This document shows positions 18,432 through 27,770 of a DNA stretch of 64,000 nucleotides, one piece after another; position 1 is the stretch's first letter, and every line of letters starts with the position of its first letter. Source of the DNA: an uncultured Muribaculaceae bacterium (GTDB taxonomy: Bacteria > Bacteroidota > Bacteroidia > Bacteroidales > Muribaculaceae); the NCBI GenBank assembly GCA_947381945.1, contig CANCXM010000004.1, positions 29,176-93,175 of the forward strand. The letters run 5' to 3'. The notes under the pieces were generated by a model that saw only the letters and a list, made by a program, of their open reading frames with translations, did no database searches and was not told where the DNA came from. A program made the translations under genes and the position numbers.

Positions 18432-19967
18432 ATGTACTCAAACTATGAAATATGGTGGGTAACCGGTGCGCAGCTCCTTTACGGAGGTGACGCAGTAGTA
18501 AGCGTCGACGCTCATTCCAAAGAAATGGTCGACGGCCTCAACAACTCAGGAATTCTTCCCGTAAAAGTCGTATATAAGGGCACTGCCAACTCCTCTCACG
18601 AAGTCGAGGACATCATGAAAGCCGCCAACAACGATCCCCGTTGTGCCGGTATCATCACCTGGATGCACACCTTCTCACCCGCAAAGATGTGGATCCACGG
18701 TCTGAAAGTCCTTTCCAAGCCCCTTCTCCATTTCCACACCCAGTACAATGCAGAAATTCCCTGGGACACCATGGACATGGACTTCATGAACCTCAACCAG
18801 AGCGCCCACGGCGACCGCGAGTTCGGACACATCTGCGCCCGTATGCGTGTGCGCCGCAAGGTTGTCACCGGCTACTGGAAGGATGCCAAGACCCTCGAGC
18901 GCATCGCCGTATGGCAGCGTGTCTGCATCGGCTGGGCTGACGCTCAGGACATGCGCATCATCCGTCTCGGCGACCAGATGAACAACGTTGCCGTGACCGA
19001 CGGCGACAAGGTCGAGGCAGAAATCCGCCTTGGCTACCATGTCGACTACATGCCCTTCAGCTCACTCATGAAGTACTTCGACGAGGTGAAGGACGAAGAT
19101 GTCGACGCTCTCGTTCAGGAATATTTCCGTCTCTACGCCCACGACGCATCTCTCGAAGACAAGGGCAACGAAGCCTACACCAAAATCTGGAACGCAGCCA
19201 AGGCCGAGCTTACCCTCCGCGCCATGCTCAAGGACACCGGTGCCAAGGGCTTCACAACCAACTTCGATGACCTCGGTGACTACCATGTAGAGCAGACCGG
19301 ACGTGGTTTCGACCAGATTCCCGGCCTCGCATCGCAGCGCCTCATGGCCGAAGGCTACGGCTTCGGTGCCGAAGGCGACTGGAAGTCGGCTGCTCTCTAC
19401 CGCACCCTCTGGGTCATGACACGCGGTATGGAAGGCGGATGCTCATTCCTCGAAGACTACACCCTCAACTTCAACGGCAAGGAAAGCTCAATCCTTCAGG
19501 CCCACATGCTTGAAGTCTGCCCCCTCATCGCAGAGGAGCGTCCCCGCCTCGAAGTGCACTTCCTCGGCATCGGTGTCCGCAAGACCCAGACCGCACGTCT
19601 CGTCTTCACTTCGAAGCCAGGCGCAGGTGTCACCGCCACTGTTGTCGACATGGGCAACCGTTTCCGCCTCATCGTCAACGATGTTGACTGCATCAAGTCC
19701 AAGCCCCTGCCCAAACTCCCCGTGGCTTCAGCCCTCTGGATTCCGCAGCCCGACTTCGAGACAGGCGCAACCGCATGGATTCTTGCCGGAGGTACCCACC
19801 ACTCCTGCTTCTCCTACGCTGTCACTCCCGAATTCTGGGAAGACTACGCCGAAATCGCAGGCATCGAGATGGTACACATCGACAAGGACACAACCATCGA
19901 GAACTTCAAGAACTCGCTCCGCATGGGTGAGGTCTACTATATGCTCAACAAGTCACTCTATCTCTAA
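18432..19967 (+). CDS. araA: L-arabinose isomerase
   Basis: 511 aa. The N-terminus YEIWWVTGAQLLYGGDA..., then ITWMHTFSPAKMW and the AraA-typical length and C-terminus all fit. Confidence 0.95.
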   Translation: MYSNYEIWWVTGAQLLYGGDAVVSVDAHSKEMVDGLNNSGILPVKVVYKGTANSSHEVEDIMKAANNDPRCAGIITWMHTFSPAKMWIHGLKVLSKPLLHFHTQYNAEIPWDTMDMDFMNLNQSAHGDREFGHICARMRVRRKVVTGYWKDAKTLERIAVWQRVCIGWADAQDMRIIRLGDQMNNVAVTDGDKVEAEIRLGYHVDYMPFSSLMKYFDEVKDEDVDALVQEYFRLYAHDASLEDKGNEAYTKIWNAAKAELTLRAMLKDTGAKGFTTNFDDLGDYHVEQTGRGFDQIPGLASQRLMAEGYGFGAEGDWKSAALYRTLWVMTRGMEGGCSFLEDYTLNFNGKESSILQAHMLEVCPLIAEERPRLEVHFLGIGVRKTQTARLVFTSKPGAGVTATVVDMGNRFRLIVNDVDCIKSKPLPKLPVASALWIPQPDFETGATAWILAGGTHHSCFSYAVTPEFWEDYAEIAGIEMVHIDKDTTIENFKNSLRMGEVYYMLNKSLYL

Positions 19968-19985
19968 GCCCATCCCCGCCGACCT

Positions 19986-21584
19986 ATGAAACTTGATCCT
20001 AAATCAACCATAGAGCAGGGCAAGGCCATCCTCGGCATCGAGTTCGGCTCGACCCGCATCAAGGCCGTGCTCATCGACGAGGAGAACAAGCCCATCGCGC
20101 AGGGTTCCCACGAGTGGGAAAACCAGCTTGCCGACGGACTCTGGACCTACAGCACCGAGGCCATCTGGTATGGCCTCCAGGACTGCTACGCCGACCTCCG
20201 TGCCAATGTCCGCAAGGACTACGACATCGAGATTGAAAACCTCGCAGCCATCGGTATCAGCGCGATGATGCACGGCTACATGCCCTTCGACAGCAAGGAG
20301 GAAATCCTCGTTCCCTTCCGCACATGGCGCAACACCAACACCGGTAAGGCCGCTGCGGAACTTTCGGAACTCTTCGTCTACAACATCCCCCTCCGCTGGA
20401 GCATCTCGCATCTCTATCAGGCCATACTCAACGGCGAACCCCACGTCAAGGACATCGACTATCTGACCACCCTCGCGGGCTACATCCACTGGCAGCTCAC
20501 CGGCGAGAAGGTCCTCGGCGTAGGGGATGCCTCCGGCATGATTCCCGTCGACCCGCAGACCAAGGACTATTCTTCCGAAATGGTTGCGAAGTTCGACAAG
20601 CTCATCGAGCCGAAGGGTTTCTCATGGAAGCTCCTCGATATCATGCCCAAGGTGCTTGTCGCAGGCGAGAATGCGGGAACACTCACAGCCGAAGGCGCAA
20701 AACGCCTCGACGTGTCGGGCCATCTGAAACCCGGCATCCCCTTCTGTCCACCGGAAGGTGACGCAGGAACAGGCATGGTCGCCACCAACGCTGTCCTCCA
20801 GCGCACAGGCAACGTGTCGGCCGGAACATCATCGTTCTCCATGATTGTTCTCGAAAAGGAACTTTCAAAGCCTTACGAGATGATCGACATGGTGACCACC
20901 CCCGACGGCAGCCTCGTCGCAATGGTCCACTGCAACAACTGCACATCCGACCTCAACGCATGGGTAAATCTCTTCAAGGAGTATCAGGAACTCCTCGGCA
21001 TCCCCGTCAACATGAACCAGGTCTTCGGCCTGCTCTACAACAACGCCCTCAAAGGCGAGACGGACTGCGGAGGTCTCATCTCCTACAACTACTTCTCCGG
21101 AGAGCCCATCACCGGTCTCGAAGAGGGCCGTCCCCTCTTTGTCCGTTCGGCCAACGATAAATTCAACCTCGCCAACTTCATGCGCGCCAACCTCTACGCT
21201 TCGGTATGCGTGCTGAAAATCGGCAACGACATCCTCTTCAACGAAGAGAAGGTCGAGGTTGACCGCATCACCGGCCACGGCGGTCTGTTCAAGACCCCCG
21301 GAGTAGGTCAGCGCATCCTCGCCGCCGCCCTCAACTCTCCCATCTCAGTGATGGAGACTGCAGGCGAAGGCGGAGCATGGGGCATCGCCCTCCTTGCAGC
21401 CTACCTTGCCAACAACACCAAGGGCCAGTCGCTCGCGGGCTTCCTCAACGACAATGTGTTCCTCGGCAACGCCGGAACTGAAATAGCTCCGACAGCCGAA
21501 GAAGTCGAAGGCTTCAACGCTTACCTCGAAAACTACAAGCGCGGCCTCGCCATCGAGCGCACCGCCACCGAAGCCAAGTCATAA
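19986..21584 (+). CDS. araB: FGGY-family carbohydrate kinase (ribulokinase/xylulokinase-like)
   Basis: 532 aa. It has the N-terminal [15 protein letters not shown] ATPase motif and GHGGLF. It lies directly downstream of araA. Confidence 0.8.
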   Translation: MKLDPKSTIEQGKAILGIEFGSTRIKAVLIDEENKPIAQGSHEWENQLADGLWTYSTEAIWYGLQDCYADLRANVRKDYDIEIENLAAIGISAMMHGYMPFDSKEEILVPFRTWRNTNTGKAAAELSELFVYNIPLRWSISHLYQAILNGEPHVKDIDYLTTLAGYIHWQLTGEKVLGVGDASGMIPVDPQTKDYSSEMVAKFDKLIEPKGFSWKLLDIMPKVLVAGENAGTLTAEGAKRLDVSGHLKPGIPFCPPEGDAGTGMVATNAVLQRTGNVSAGTSSFSMIVLEKELSKPYEMIDMVTTPDGSLVAMVHCNNCTSDLNAWVNLFKEYQELLGIPVNMNQVFGLLYNNALKGETDCGGLISYNYFSGEPITGLEEGRPLFVRSANDKFNLANFMRANLYASVCVLKIGNDILFNEEKVEVDRITGHGGLFKTPGVGQRILAAALNSPISVMETAGEGGAWGIALLAAYLANNTKGQSLAGFLNDNVFLGNAGTEIAPTAEEVEGFNAYLENYKRGLAIERTATEAKS

Positions 21585-21605
21585 TCCTCAAAATACCCCT
21601 CCGAT

Positions 21606-21741
21606 GGAAGGGTACAAAAGGACATAAGTTCAAGAAGGGACATAAGTTTTTTCATCTGTCGGACAGACTGAATATGACAGTTATCCGATTAAACGAAAAA
21701 CTTATGTCCCTTCTTGAACTTATGTCCTTTTGTACCCTTCC
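21606..21741. terminator. 46-bp perfect inverted repeat with 44-nt spacer between convergent araB and the rubredoxin gene (bidirectional terminator or MITE-like)
   Basis: 21606-21651 (GGAAGGGTACAAAAGGACATAAGTTCAAGAAGGGACATAAGTTTTT) is the exact reverse complement of 21696-21741. Each arm carries an internal direct repeat GGACATAAGTT. Confidence 0.7.
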
Positions 21742-21773
21742 TTCAAATAGTGGTCGAAGGAGGAGAGGGGGGA

Positions 21774-21938
21774 TTATTCGTCGACGGGGCGGAACTGGTC
21801 CTTGCCTACACCGCAAAGAGGGCAAACCCAGTCATCGGGAAGGTCGGCAAACGATGTGCCGGGTTCAATACCGTTTTCGGGGTCACCTACCTCGGGATCA
21901 TATACCCAATCGCATACTTCACATACATATTTTTCCAT
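21774..21938 (-). CDS. Rubredoxin (54 aa)
   Basis: It is not in the track because it is under 60 aa. The minus-strand frame runs from ATG 21938 to TAA 21776-21774 and encodes [54 protein letters not shown]. Both CxxC knuckles and the CPxCG motif are present. Confidence 0.9.
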   Translation of the reverse strand: MEKYVCEVCDWVYDPEVGDPENGIEPGTSFADLPDDWVCPLCGVGKDQFRPVDE

Positions 21939-22166
21939 AGTGATTCTTATTTGTTTAAATTTGACATAATTTTAACTATCAACACCTCATATTTACACAT
22001 TGTTTAACCCCTCTTTCATTTCCCCGACCCGACAGCAGCCATCCACAAGCCCGACAATCCGAATAACCCTGCCATTTTGGCCACTTTTTAATTTTTAGTG
22101 CCGAATTTATTGAATTTTGCGTAATTATTGGGTAATCATAATTTTGCCATCACCGATTTTTATACT

Positions 22167-22174
22167 TAAATTTG
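22167..22174 (+). promoter_or_regulatory. Candidate -7 promoter box (TAAATTTG) upstream of the mce/mmd cluster
   Basis: Matches TAnnTTTG. A second match, TAATTTTG, lies at 22139-22146. The box is ~100 nt upstream of the ATG at 22274. Confidence 0.3.
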
Positions 22175-22273
22175 CAACGGTGAAAAAATCTGCACAAATA
22201 TTTCCAGCAGATTCTATCCACCCCGAAACAACATGAATCAGAAAAAGTAATTTACCAAACACAATCATTTATC

Positions 22274-22693
22274 ATGGATATTTCACACATCGAACATGTG
22301 GGCATCGCAGTGCCCGACCTTCAGGCAGCTATCGCTTTTTATGAAAACACTCTCGGTCTCAAGTGCTTCGCAATCGAAGAAGTTGAGGATCAGAAAGTAC
22401 GCACAGCCTTCTTCAAGGTAGGTCAGACCAAAATCGAGCTCCTCGAAGGCACTTCGCCCGAAAGCGCAATCTCGAAGTTCATCGAGAAGAACGGTGGCCG
22501 CGGCGGCATCCAGCACATCGCATTCGCCATCGAGGACGGCGTAGCCAACGCTCTCGCCGAAGTTTCAGAGAAGGGCTGCGCCCTCATCGACAAGGCTCCC
22601 CGCAAGGGTGCCGAAGGCCTCAACATCGCCTTCCTCCACCCGAAATCAACTTGCGGAACCCTCATTGAGCTTTGCGAGGACCCCAACAAGTAA
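22274..22693 (+). CDS. mce: Methylmalonyl-CoA epimerase (VOC/glyoxalase fold)
   Basis: 139 aa with IEHVGIAVPDL...IELLE...GGIQHIAF...GTLIELCE. It sits upstream of the methylmalonyl-CoA decarboxylase genes. Confidence 0.9.
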   Translation: MDISHIEHVGIAVPDLQAAIAFYENTLGLKCFAIEEVEDQKVRTAFFKVGQTKIELLEGTSPESAISKFIEKNGGRGGIQHIAFAIEDGVANALAEVSEKGCALIDKAPRKGAEGLNIAFLHPKSTCGTLIELCEDPNK

Positions 22694-22760
22694 AATTGAA
22701 AAATCCGGACATCCGACAACATCAACAAATCACAAACCAACTCTTACATAATCTCCACAG

Positions 22761-24314
22761 ATGAGTAACCAGCTTGAAAAAGTAAAAGAGCTTATCGCCC
22801 TTCGCGAAGAAGCTCGTCTGGGCGGCGGTGAAAAGGCCATCCAGAAACAGCATGAAAGAGGCAAGTACACCGCCCGCGAGCGCATTGCCCAGCTTCTCGA
22901 CGAAGGTTCTTTTGAGGAAATCGACATGTTTGTACGTCACCGTTGCTACAACTTCGGCCAGGAAAAGAAAAGCTATCTTGGCGACGGCGTTGTGACAGGC
23001 TACGGTACAATCGACGGTCGTCTCGTATATGTATTCGCCCAGGACTTCACCGTGTTCGGTGGTTCGCTCAGCGAGACCATGGCCCTCAAGATCTGCAAGA
23101 TAATGGACATGGCAATGAAGATGGGTGCTCCCGTCATCGGCCTCAACGACTCGGGCGGTGCCCGCATCCAGGAGGGTATCAACGCTCTCGCAGGCTACGC
23201 TGAAATCTTCCAGCGCAACATCCTCGCATCTGGCGTGATTCCCCAGATTTCAGGTATCCTCGGTCCGTGTGCCGGTGGTGCGGTATATTCTCCCGCCCTC
23301 ACCGACTTCACTATCATGACAAAGGGTATCAGCTACATGTTCCTCACCGGCCCGAAGGTTGTGAAGACCGTGACCGGCGAAGACGTGAGCCAGGAAGCTC
23401 TCGGCGGCGCAACCGTCCACTCACAGAAGAGCGGCGTTGCCCACTTCGCAGCCGAGGATGGCGAGGAAACCCTCCGCATCATCCGCAAGCTCTTCAGCTA
23501 CATTCCCCAGAACAACCTCGAAGAGCCACCGCTGGTCGAGTGCAACGACCCCATCGACCGTCTCGAAGACTCCCTCAACGAAATCATCCCCGACTCGGCC
23601 AACCGCCCCTACGACATGTATGAGGTCATCAACGCCATCGTCGACAACGGTGAATTCCTTGAAATCCAGCGCGAATACGCCAAGAACATCATCATCGGCT
23701 TTGCCCGCTTCAACGGTCAGGCCGTCGGCGTTGTCGCCAACCAGCCCAAGTTCCTCGCAGGTGTGCTCGACAGCAACGCATCGCGCAAGGGCGCACGTTT
23801 CGTCCGCTTCTGCGACGCATTCAACATTCCTCTGGTGACCCTCGTCGACGTCCCCGGCTTCCTCCCCGGAACAGGCCAGGAATACAACGGCGTTATCCTC
23901 CACGGTGCGAAGCTCCTCTATGCCTACGGCGAAGCCACAGTGCCCAAGGTGACAGTGACACTCCGCAAGAGCTACGGCGGTTCACACATCGTGATGTCGT
24001 GCAAGCAGCTCCGTGGCGACATGAACTACGCATGGCCTACCGCAGAAATCGCCGTTATGGGTGGTGCAGGTGCCGTCGAAGTCCTCTATGCCAAGGAAGC
24101 CAAGGCAGCCGAAGATCCCGCCAAGGTGCTCCGCGAGAAGGAGGAAGAGTACAACAAGCTCTTCTGCAACCCCTACAACGCAGCCCGCTACGGCTACATC
24201 GACGACGTCATCGAGCCGCGCAACACCCGTTTCCGCATCATCCGCGCCCTTCAGCAGCTCGCCACCAAGAAGGTGGTCAACCCTGCCAAGAAGCACGGCA
24301 ACATACCTCTCTAA
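22761..24314 (+). CDS. mmdA: Methylmalonyl-CoA decarboxylase alpha subunit (acyl-CoA carboxyltransferase)
   Basis: 517 aa with both carboxyltransferase N and C domains ([38 protein letters not shown]). It is followed by OadG-like, BCCP and beta-subunit genes. Confidence 0.92.
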   Translation: MSNQLEKVKELIALREEARLGGGEKAIQKQHERGKYTARERIAQLLDEGSFEEIDMFVRHRCYNFGQEKKSYLGDGVVTGYGTIDGRLVYVFAQDFTVFGGSLSETMALKICKIMDMAMKMGAPVIGLNDSGGARIQEGINALAGYAEIFQRNILASGVIPQISGILGPCAGGAVYSPALTDFTIMTKGISYMFLTGPKVVKTVTGEDVSQEALGGATVHSQKSGVAHFAAEDGEETLRIIRKLFSYIPQNNLEEPPLVECNDPIDRLEDSLNEIIPDSANRPYDMYEVINAIVDNGEFLEIQREYAKNIIIGFARFNGQAVGVVANQPKFLAGVLDSNASRKGARFVRFCDAFNIPLVTLVDVPGFLPGTGQEYNGVILHGAKLLYAYGEATVPKVTVTLRKSYGGSHIVMSCKQLRGDMNYAWPTAEIAVMGGAGAVEVLYAKEAKAAEDPAKVLREKEEEYNKLFCNPYNAARYGYIDDVIEPRNTRFRIIRALQQLATKKVVNPAKKHGNIPL

Positions 24315-24400
24315 GAGGGTCACTCCCGCGTCAGGGCCTCCACGCGAAGGCCATTGGCGCGGACAGCCTGTAAATCTTATTAATCATCTCAACAAAAGTT

Positions 24401-25327
24401 ATGAAAAAAAGACTTTTATCGCTGCTGCTGGTGACTCTCGCATGTGTCATGGCCGTTTCCGCCCAAGGACGACGCGGTCTGCGCATCAACGAGGTGATGA
24501 TCGTCAACGACTCCACAAGCGTGGTTGACGACTTCGGACAGTACTCGGCATGGATCGAGCTCTACAACTCGACTTTCGCCCCGCTTGAAATCTCAAGCGT
24601 CTTCCTCACCAACGACCGCAACAACAATACGCTTTATCCCGTCCCCTTAGGCGATGTGAACACCGAGATTCCCTCGCGCCAGCACATCCTCTTCTGGGCC
24701 GACGGCGAACCCAACAAGGGTACGTTCCACACTAACTTCACCTTCACCCCCGGCGAGGACAACTACATTGCCATCTACGATGCCAACGGTCTGAGCCTCA
24801 TCGACGAGATTGTCGTCCCGGGCAACCTGCTTCCGGGCCAGTCATACGCCCGCAAGGCTGACGGCGAAGGGGGAATCAATAATCCCGACGACTGGGAAGT
24901 GCGCGACGGTTCCGAAGCTCACTACATCACTCCGTCGAGCAACAACATCATCAAGAGCACCAACAACAAGGTCGACAGCTTCGCCGAGCATGACCCCCAC
25001 GGTTTCGCAATGGCAGTGATGGCAATGTGTATCGTGTTCACCGCTCTTCTTGTCCTCTCGATCTGCTTCTACATCATCAACTCCATCGGTGCGTCGATCT
25101 CCCGCAAGCGCAAGGTGCAAGCCCTCGCAGGCGACAGCGATGAAATCGAGGACCACCACCACGAACAGGATTCGGGTGAAGTCATCGCAGCCATCACCGC
25201 CGCACTCGCAGAGCATCTTGATGCACACGACCGCGAGAGCACCGTCCTCACCATCAACAAGGTACGCCGCGCTTACTCACCCTGGAGCTCGAAGATCTAC
25301 AGTCTCCGCGAACTCCCCCGCCGTTAA
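24401..25327 (+). CDS. Lamin-tail-domain (LTD) protein fused to an OadG-like membrane anchor (decarboxylase gamma/delta-type subunit)
   Basis: 308 aa, with a signal peptide MKKRLLSLLLVTLACVMAVSAQ. The LTD signature is LRINEVM...AWIELYNST...YIAIYDANG. One TM segment (FAMAVMAMCIVFTALLVLSICFYII) follows, then an OadG-like tail (EVIAAITAALAEHL). Confidence 0.7.
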   Translation: MKKRLLSLLLVTLACVMAVSAQGRRGLRINEVMIVNDSTSVVDDFGQYSAWIELYNSTFAPLEISSVFLTNDRNNNTLYPVPLGDVNTEIPSRQHILFWADGEPNKGTFHTNFTFTPGEDNYIAIYDANGLSLIDEIVVPGNLLPGQSYARKADGEGGINNPDDWEVRDGSEAHYITPSSNNIIKSTNNKVDSFAEHDPHGFAMAVMAMCIVFTALLVLSICFYIINSIGASISRKRKVQALAGDSDEIEDHHHEQDSGEVIAAITAALAEHLDAHDRESTVLTINKVRRAYSPWSSKIYSLRELPRR

Positions 25328-25395
25328 AGCGCCAGGACCCCAAAGTCATTTAAAAATTTCCCCCGCTTCAACCATTTGAAACATTCAAAACAGAA

Positions 25396-25830
25396 ATGAA
25401 AGAGTATAAATATAGAATCAACGGTAACCTCTATACGGTGAAAATCGGCGATATCGACAATAATCTCGCCAAGGTGGAGGTCAACGGTGTTCCTTACAAA
25501 GTCGAACTCCAGAAGACTGAAAAGCCTGTCACCATCGTTTCGGCACCCCGTCCATCGGCAGCACCCCGCACCGAGAGCGGCGCCAAGGTCATCAACAAGC
25601 CACAGGTCAAGACCGGCGGTCACGCAGTCGAGGCTCCGCTCCCCGGCGTTGTGCTTTCAATCAACGTCAAGGTAGGCGACACCGTCAAGGCTTCCGATAC
25701 CGTAGCCGTGCTTGAGGCAATGAAGATGGAAAATGCCATCCATGCCGGCCAAGACGGCAAGGTGGCCGCCATCAATGTAGCCACAGGTGATTCCGTCCTC
25801 CAGGGCACACCCCTCCTGACCCTCGAATAA
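25396..25830 (+). CDS. mmdC: Biotin carboxyl carrier subunit of the decarboxylase
   Basis: 144 aa with a C-terminal biotinyl domain containing the EAMKME biotinylation motif. Confidence 0.92.
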   Translation: MKEYKYRINGNLYTVKIGDIDNNLAKVEVNGVPYKVELQKTEKPVTIVSAPRPSAAPRTESGAKVINKPQVKTGGHAVEAPLPGVVLSINVKVGDTVKASDTVAVLEAMKMENAIHAGQDGKVAAINVATGDSVLQGTPLLTLE

Positions 25831-25898
25831 GTAGAGTGAGCGTCTTACAAAGCTTCACACTTTTTGAAAACCTCACATCTAAGTAACCAACAAACATT

Positions 25899-27053
25899 AT
25901 GTTTAGCGAATTCTTACTTCAAAACCTTCAGGAGTTCTGGCATCTGACAGGTTTTTACAACGCCACATGGCAGCATCTGGTGATGCTCGTCGTGGGCTTG
26001 TTCTTCATCTGGCTCGCTATTAAGAAGAATTTCGAACCGATGCTCCTCGTGCCCATCGGCTTCGGTATACTTATCGGCAACGTCCCCTTCAACACCACAG
26101 CCGGTCTCGAAATCGGTATCTATGAAGAAGGTTCGGTGCTCAATATTCTTTACAATGGTGTCAGCGCCGGATGGTATCCCCCGCTCATCTTCCTCGGCAT
26201 CGGTGCAATGACCGACTTCTCGGCCCTCATCGCCAATCCGAAGCTCATGCTCATCGGTGCTGCCGCCCAGTTCGGTATCTTCGGAGCCTACATGGTCGCA
26301 CTCCTTCTCGGCTTCGCGCCTGACCAGGCAGGTGCAATCGCCATCATCGGCGGTGCCGACGGCCCGACTGCAATCTTCCTTTCGTCGAAACTCGCGCCGA
26401 ACCTCATGGGTGCGATCGCAGTGTCGGCTTACTCCTACATGGCACTCGTCCCCGTGATCCAGCCCCCGCTGATGCGCCTGCTGACCACCAAGAACGAGCG
26501 CGTCATCAAGATGAAACCCGCGCGCGCCGTCTCGCAGAACGAGAAGATTATCTTCCCCATCGTGGGTATGATTCTCACCTGCTTCGTGGTTCCCTCCGGT
26601 CTGCCCCTGCTCGGTATGCTCTTCTTCGGCAACCTTCTTCGTGAATGCGGCGTGACCAACCGTCTTGCAAAGACCGCAAGCAACGCCCTCACCGACATCG
26701 TCACCATCCTTCTCGGTATGACCGTCGGCGCATCCACCCAGGCTTCGGAGTTCCTCACCTCAGAGACTATCCGCATCTTCCTTCTCGGATTCATGGCCTT
26801 CGTCATCGCATCGGCCAGCGGTGTGCTCTTCGTGAAGCTCTTCAACCTCTTCCTGCCGAAATCCAAGAAGATCAACCCGCTCATCGGTAACGCCGGTGTA
26901 TCGGCAGTGCCCATGTCGGCCCGTATCTCCAACAACCTCGGTCTTGAATATGACCCGAGCAACTATCTGCTCATGCACGCCATGGGCCCGAACGTGGCCG
27001 GTGTCATCGGTTCAGCCGTAGCCGCAGGTGTCCTCCTCGGATTCCTCGCTTAA
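25899..27053 (+). CDS. mmdB: Na+-translocating decarboxylase beta subunit
   Basis: 384 aa, polytopic, OadB/MmdB-like (GGADGPT, GNAGVSAVPMSAR). Confidence 0.93.
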   Translation: MFSEFLLQNLQEFWHLTGFYNATWQHLVMLVVGLFFIWLAIKKNFEPMLLVPIGFGILIGNVPFNTTAGLEIGIYEEGSVLNILYNGVSAGWYPPLIFLGIGAMTDFSALIANPKLMLIGAAAQFGIFGAYMVALLLGFAPDQAGAIAIIGGADGPTAIFLSSKLAPNLMGAIAVSAYSYMALVPVIQPPLMRLLTTKNERVIKMKPARAVSQNEKIIFPIVGMILTCFVVPSGLPLLGMLFFGNLLRECGVTNRLAKTASNALTDIVTILLGMTVGASTQASEFLTSETIRIFLLGFMAFVIASASGVLFVKLFNLFLPKSKKINPLIGNAGVSAVPMSARISNNLGLEYDPSNYLLMHAMGPNVAGVIGSAVAAGVLLGFLA

Positions 27054-27091
27054 TCAATCCGAACCCAACGAACCCGTTTCGTCCGATACCC

Positions 27092-27142
27092 GCGCAGGGA
27101 CATAATTACTGAAATGAAGTTATGTCCCTGCGCTCTTTTTTC
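27092..27142 (+). terminator. Rho-independent terminator after mmdB
   Basis: GCGCAGGGACATAA (27092-27105) pairs with TTATGTCCCTGCGC (27120-27133), followed by TCTTTTTT. Confidence 0.8.
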
Positions 27143-27391
27143 CACAATAGTCAACTCCCCTCAGTGCCATTCACGGCATGGCCGGATAAAAAAAGACGTT
27201 CCGACCAAAAGAATGTATCCATTTTAACAGTTTACCATCAAACCTTAGCCATTCATGGTTGTTTTATAAGTACAGACAACTTCACCGCGCAAAGAAATTC
27301 ATCACAAGTGTTTCATCACCCACAGTGAAACTGTCTCTATAAAGAAGCCAGCCTGCCAATTCCGGCAAAAAATTCTTTTACATTAGAGAAT

Positions 27392-27766
27392 ATGGTAACA
27401 CGACAACTCATTGATAAGATTTACAAGCTTTACAAGCGTCCGCCGGCCTCGCCCGACGAGCTCAACCTCGGACTTCTCTTTGCCTACGCCTTGGAGAACC
27501 ACGGTATAGTCATTGATGAAAATGATCTCTATATCGGCAGTGTCGATCCGAAATCCCCGTTTGCGACAATCCCCTTGCGCCACATCCACGAAATTCTCGA
27601 ATTCGAGACATGCATAGCCATCGTGCTGCGCAATTCCATCATATTCTTAAACAAGGAAAACTCCGACGTGAATGTCCATCTGCGCATGGAGACTCCCTCC
27701 GTATGGTCGAAGCTGAAGGATTCGCTTGCAAGCAAACGCGGAGCCACACGCTGCGCACTCCTTTGA
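27392..27766 (+). CDS. Hypothetical protein (124 aa)
   Basis: ATG start with native-looking codon usage. It ends 4 nt before the tcdA ATG. I recognise no motif. Confidence 0.55.
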   Translation: MVTRQLIDKIYKLYKRPPASPDELNLGLLFAYALENHGIVIDENDLYIGSVDPKSPFATIPLRHIHEILEFETCIAIVLRNSIIFLNKENSDVNVHLRMETPSVWSKLKDSLASKRGATRCALL

Positions 27767-27770
27767 CAAG

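Noticed and set aside
21674-22007. Two overlapping plus-strand ORFs (88 and 97 aa) after araB
   Set aside because: They start inside the 46-bp inverted repeat and overlap a textbook rubredoxin gene on the opposite strand.
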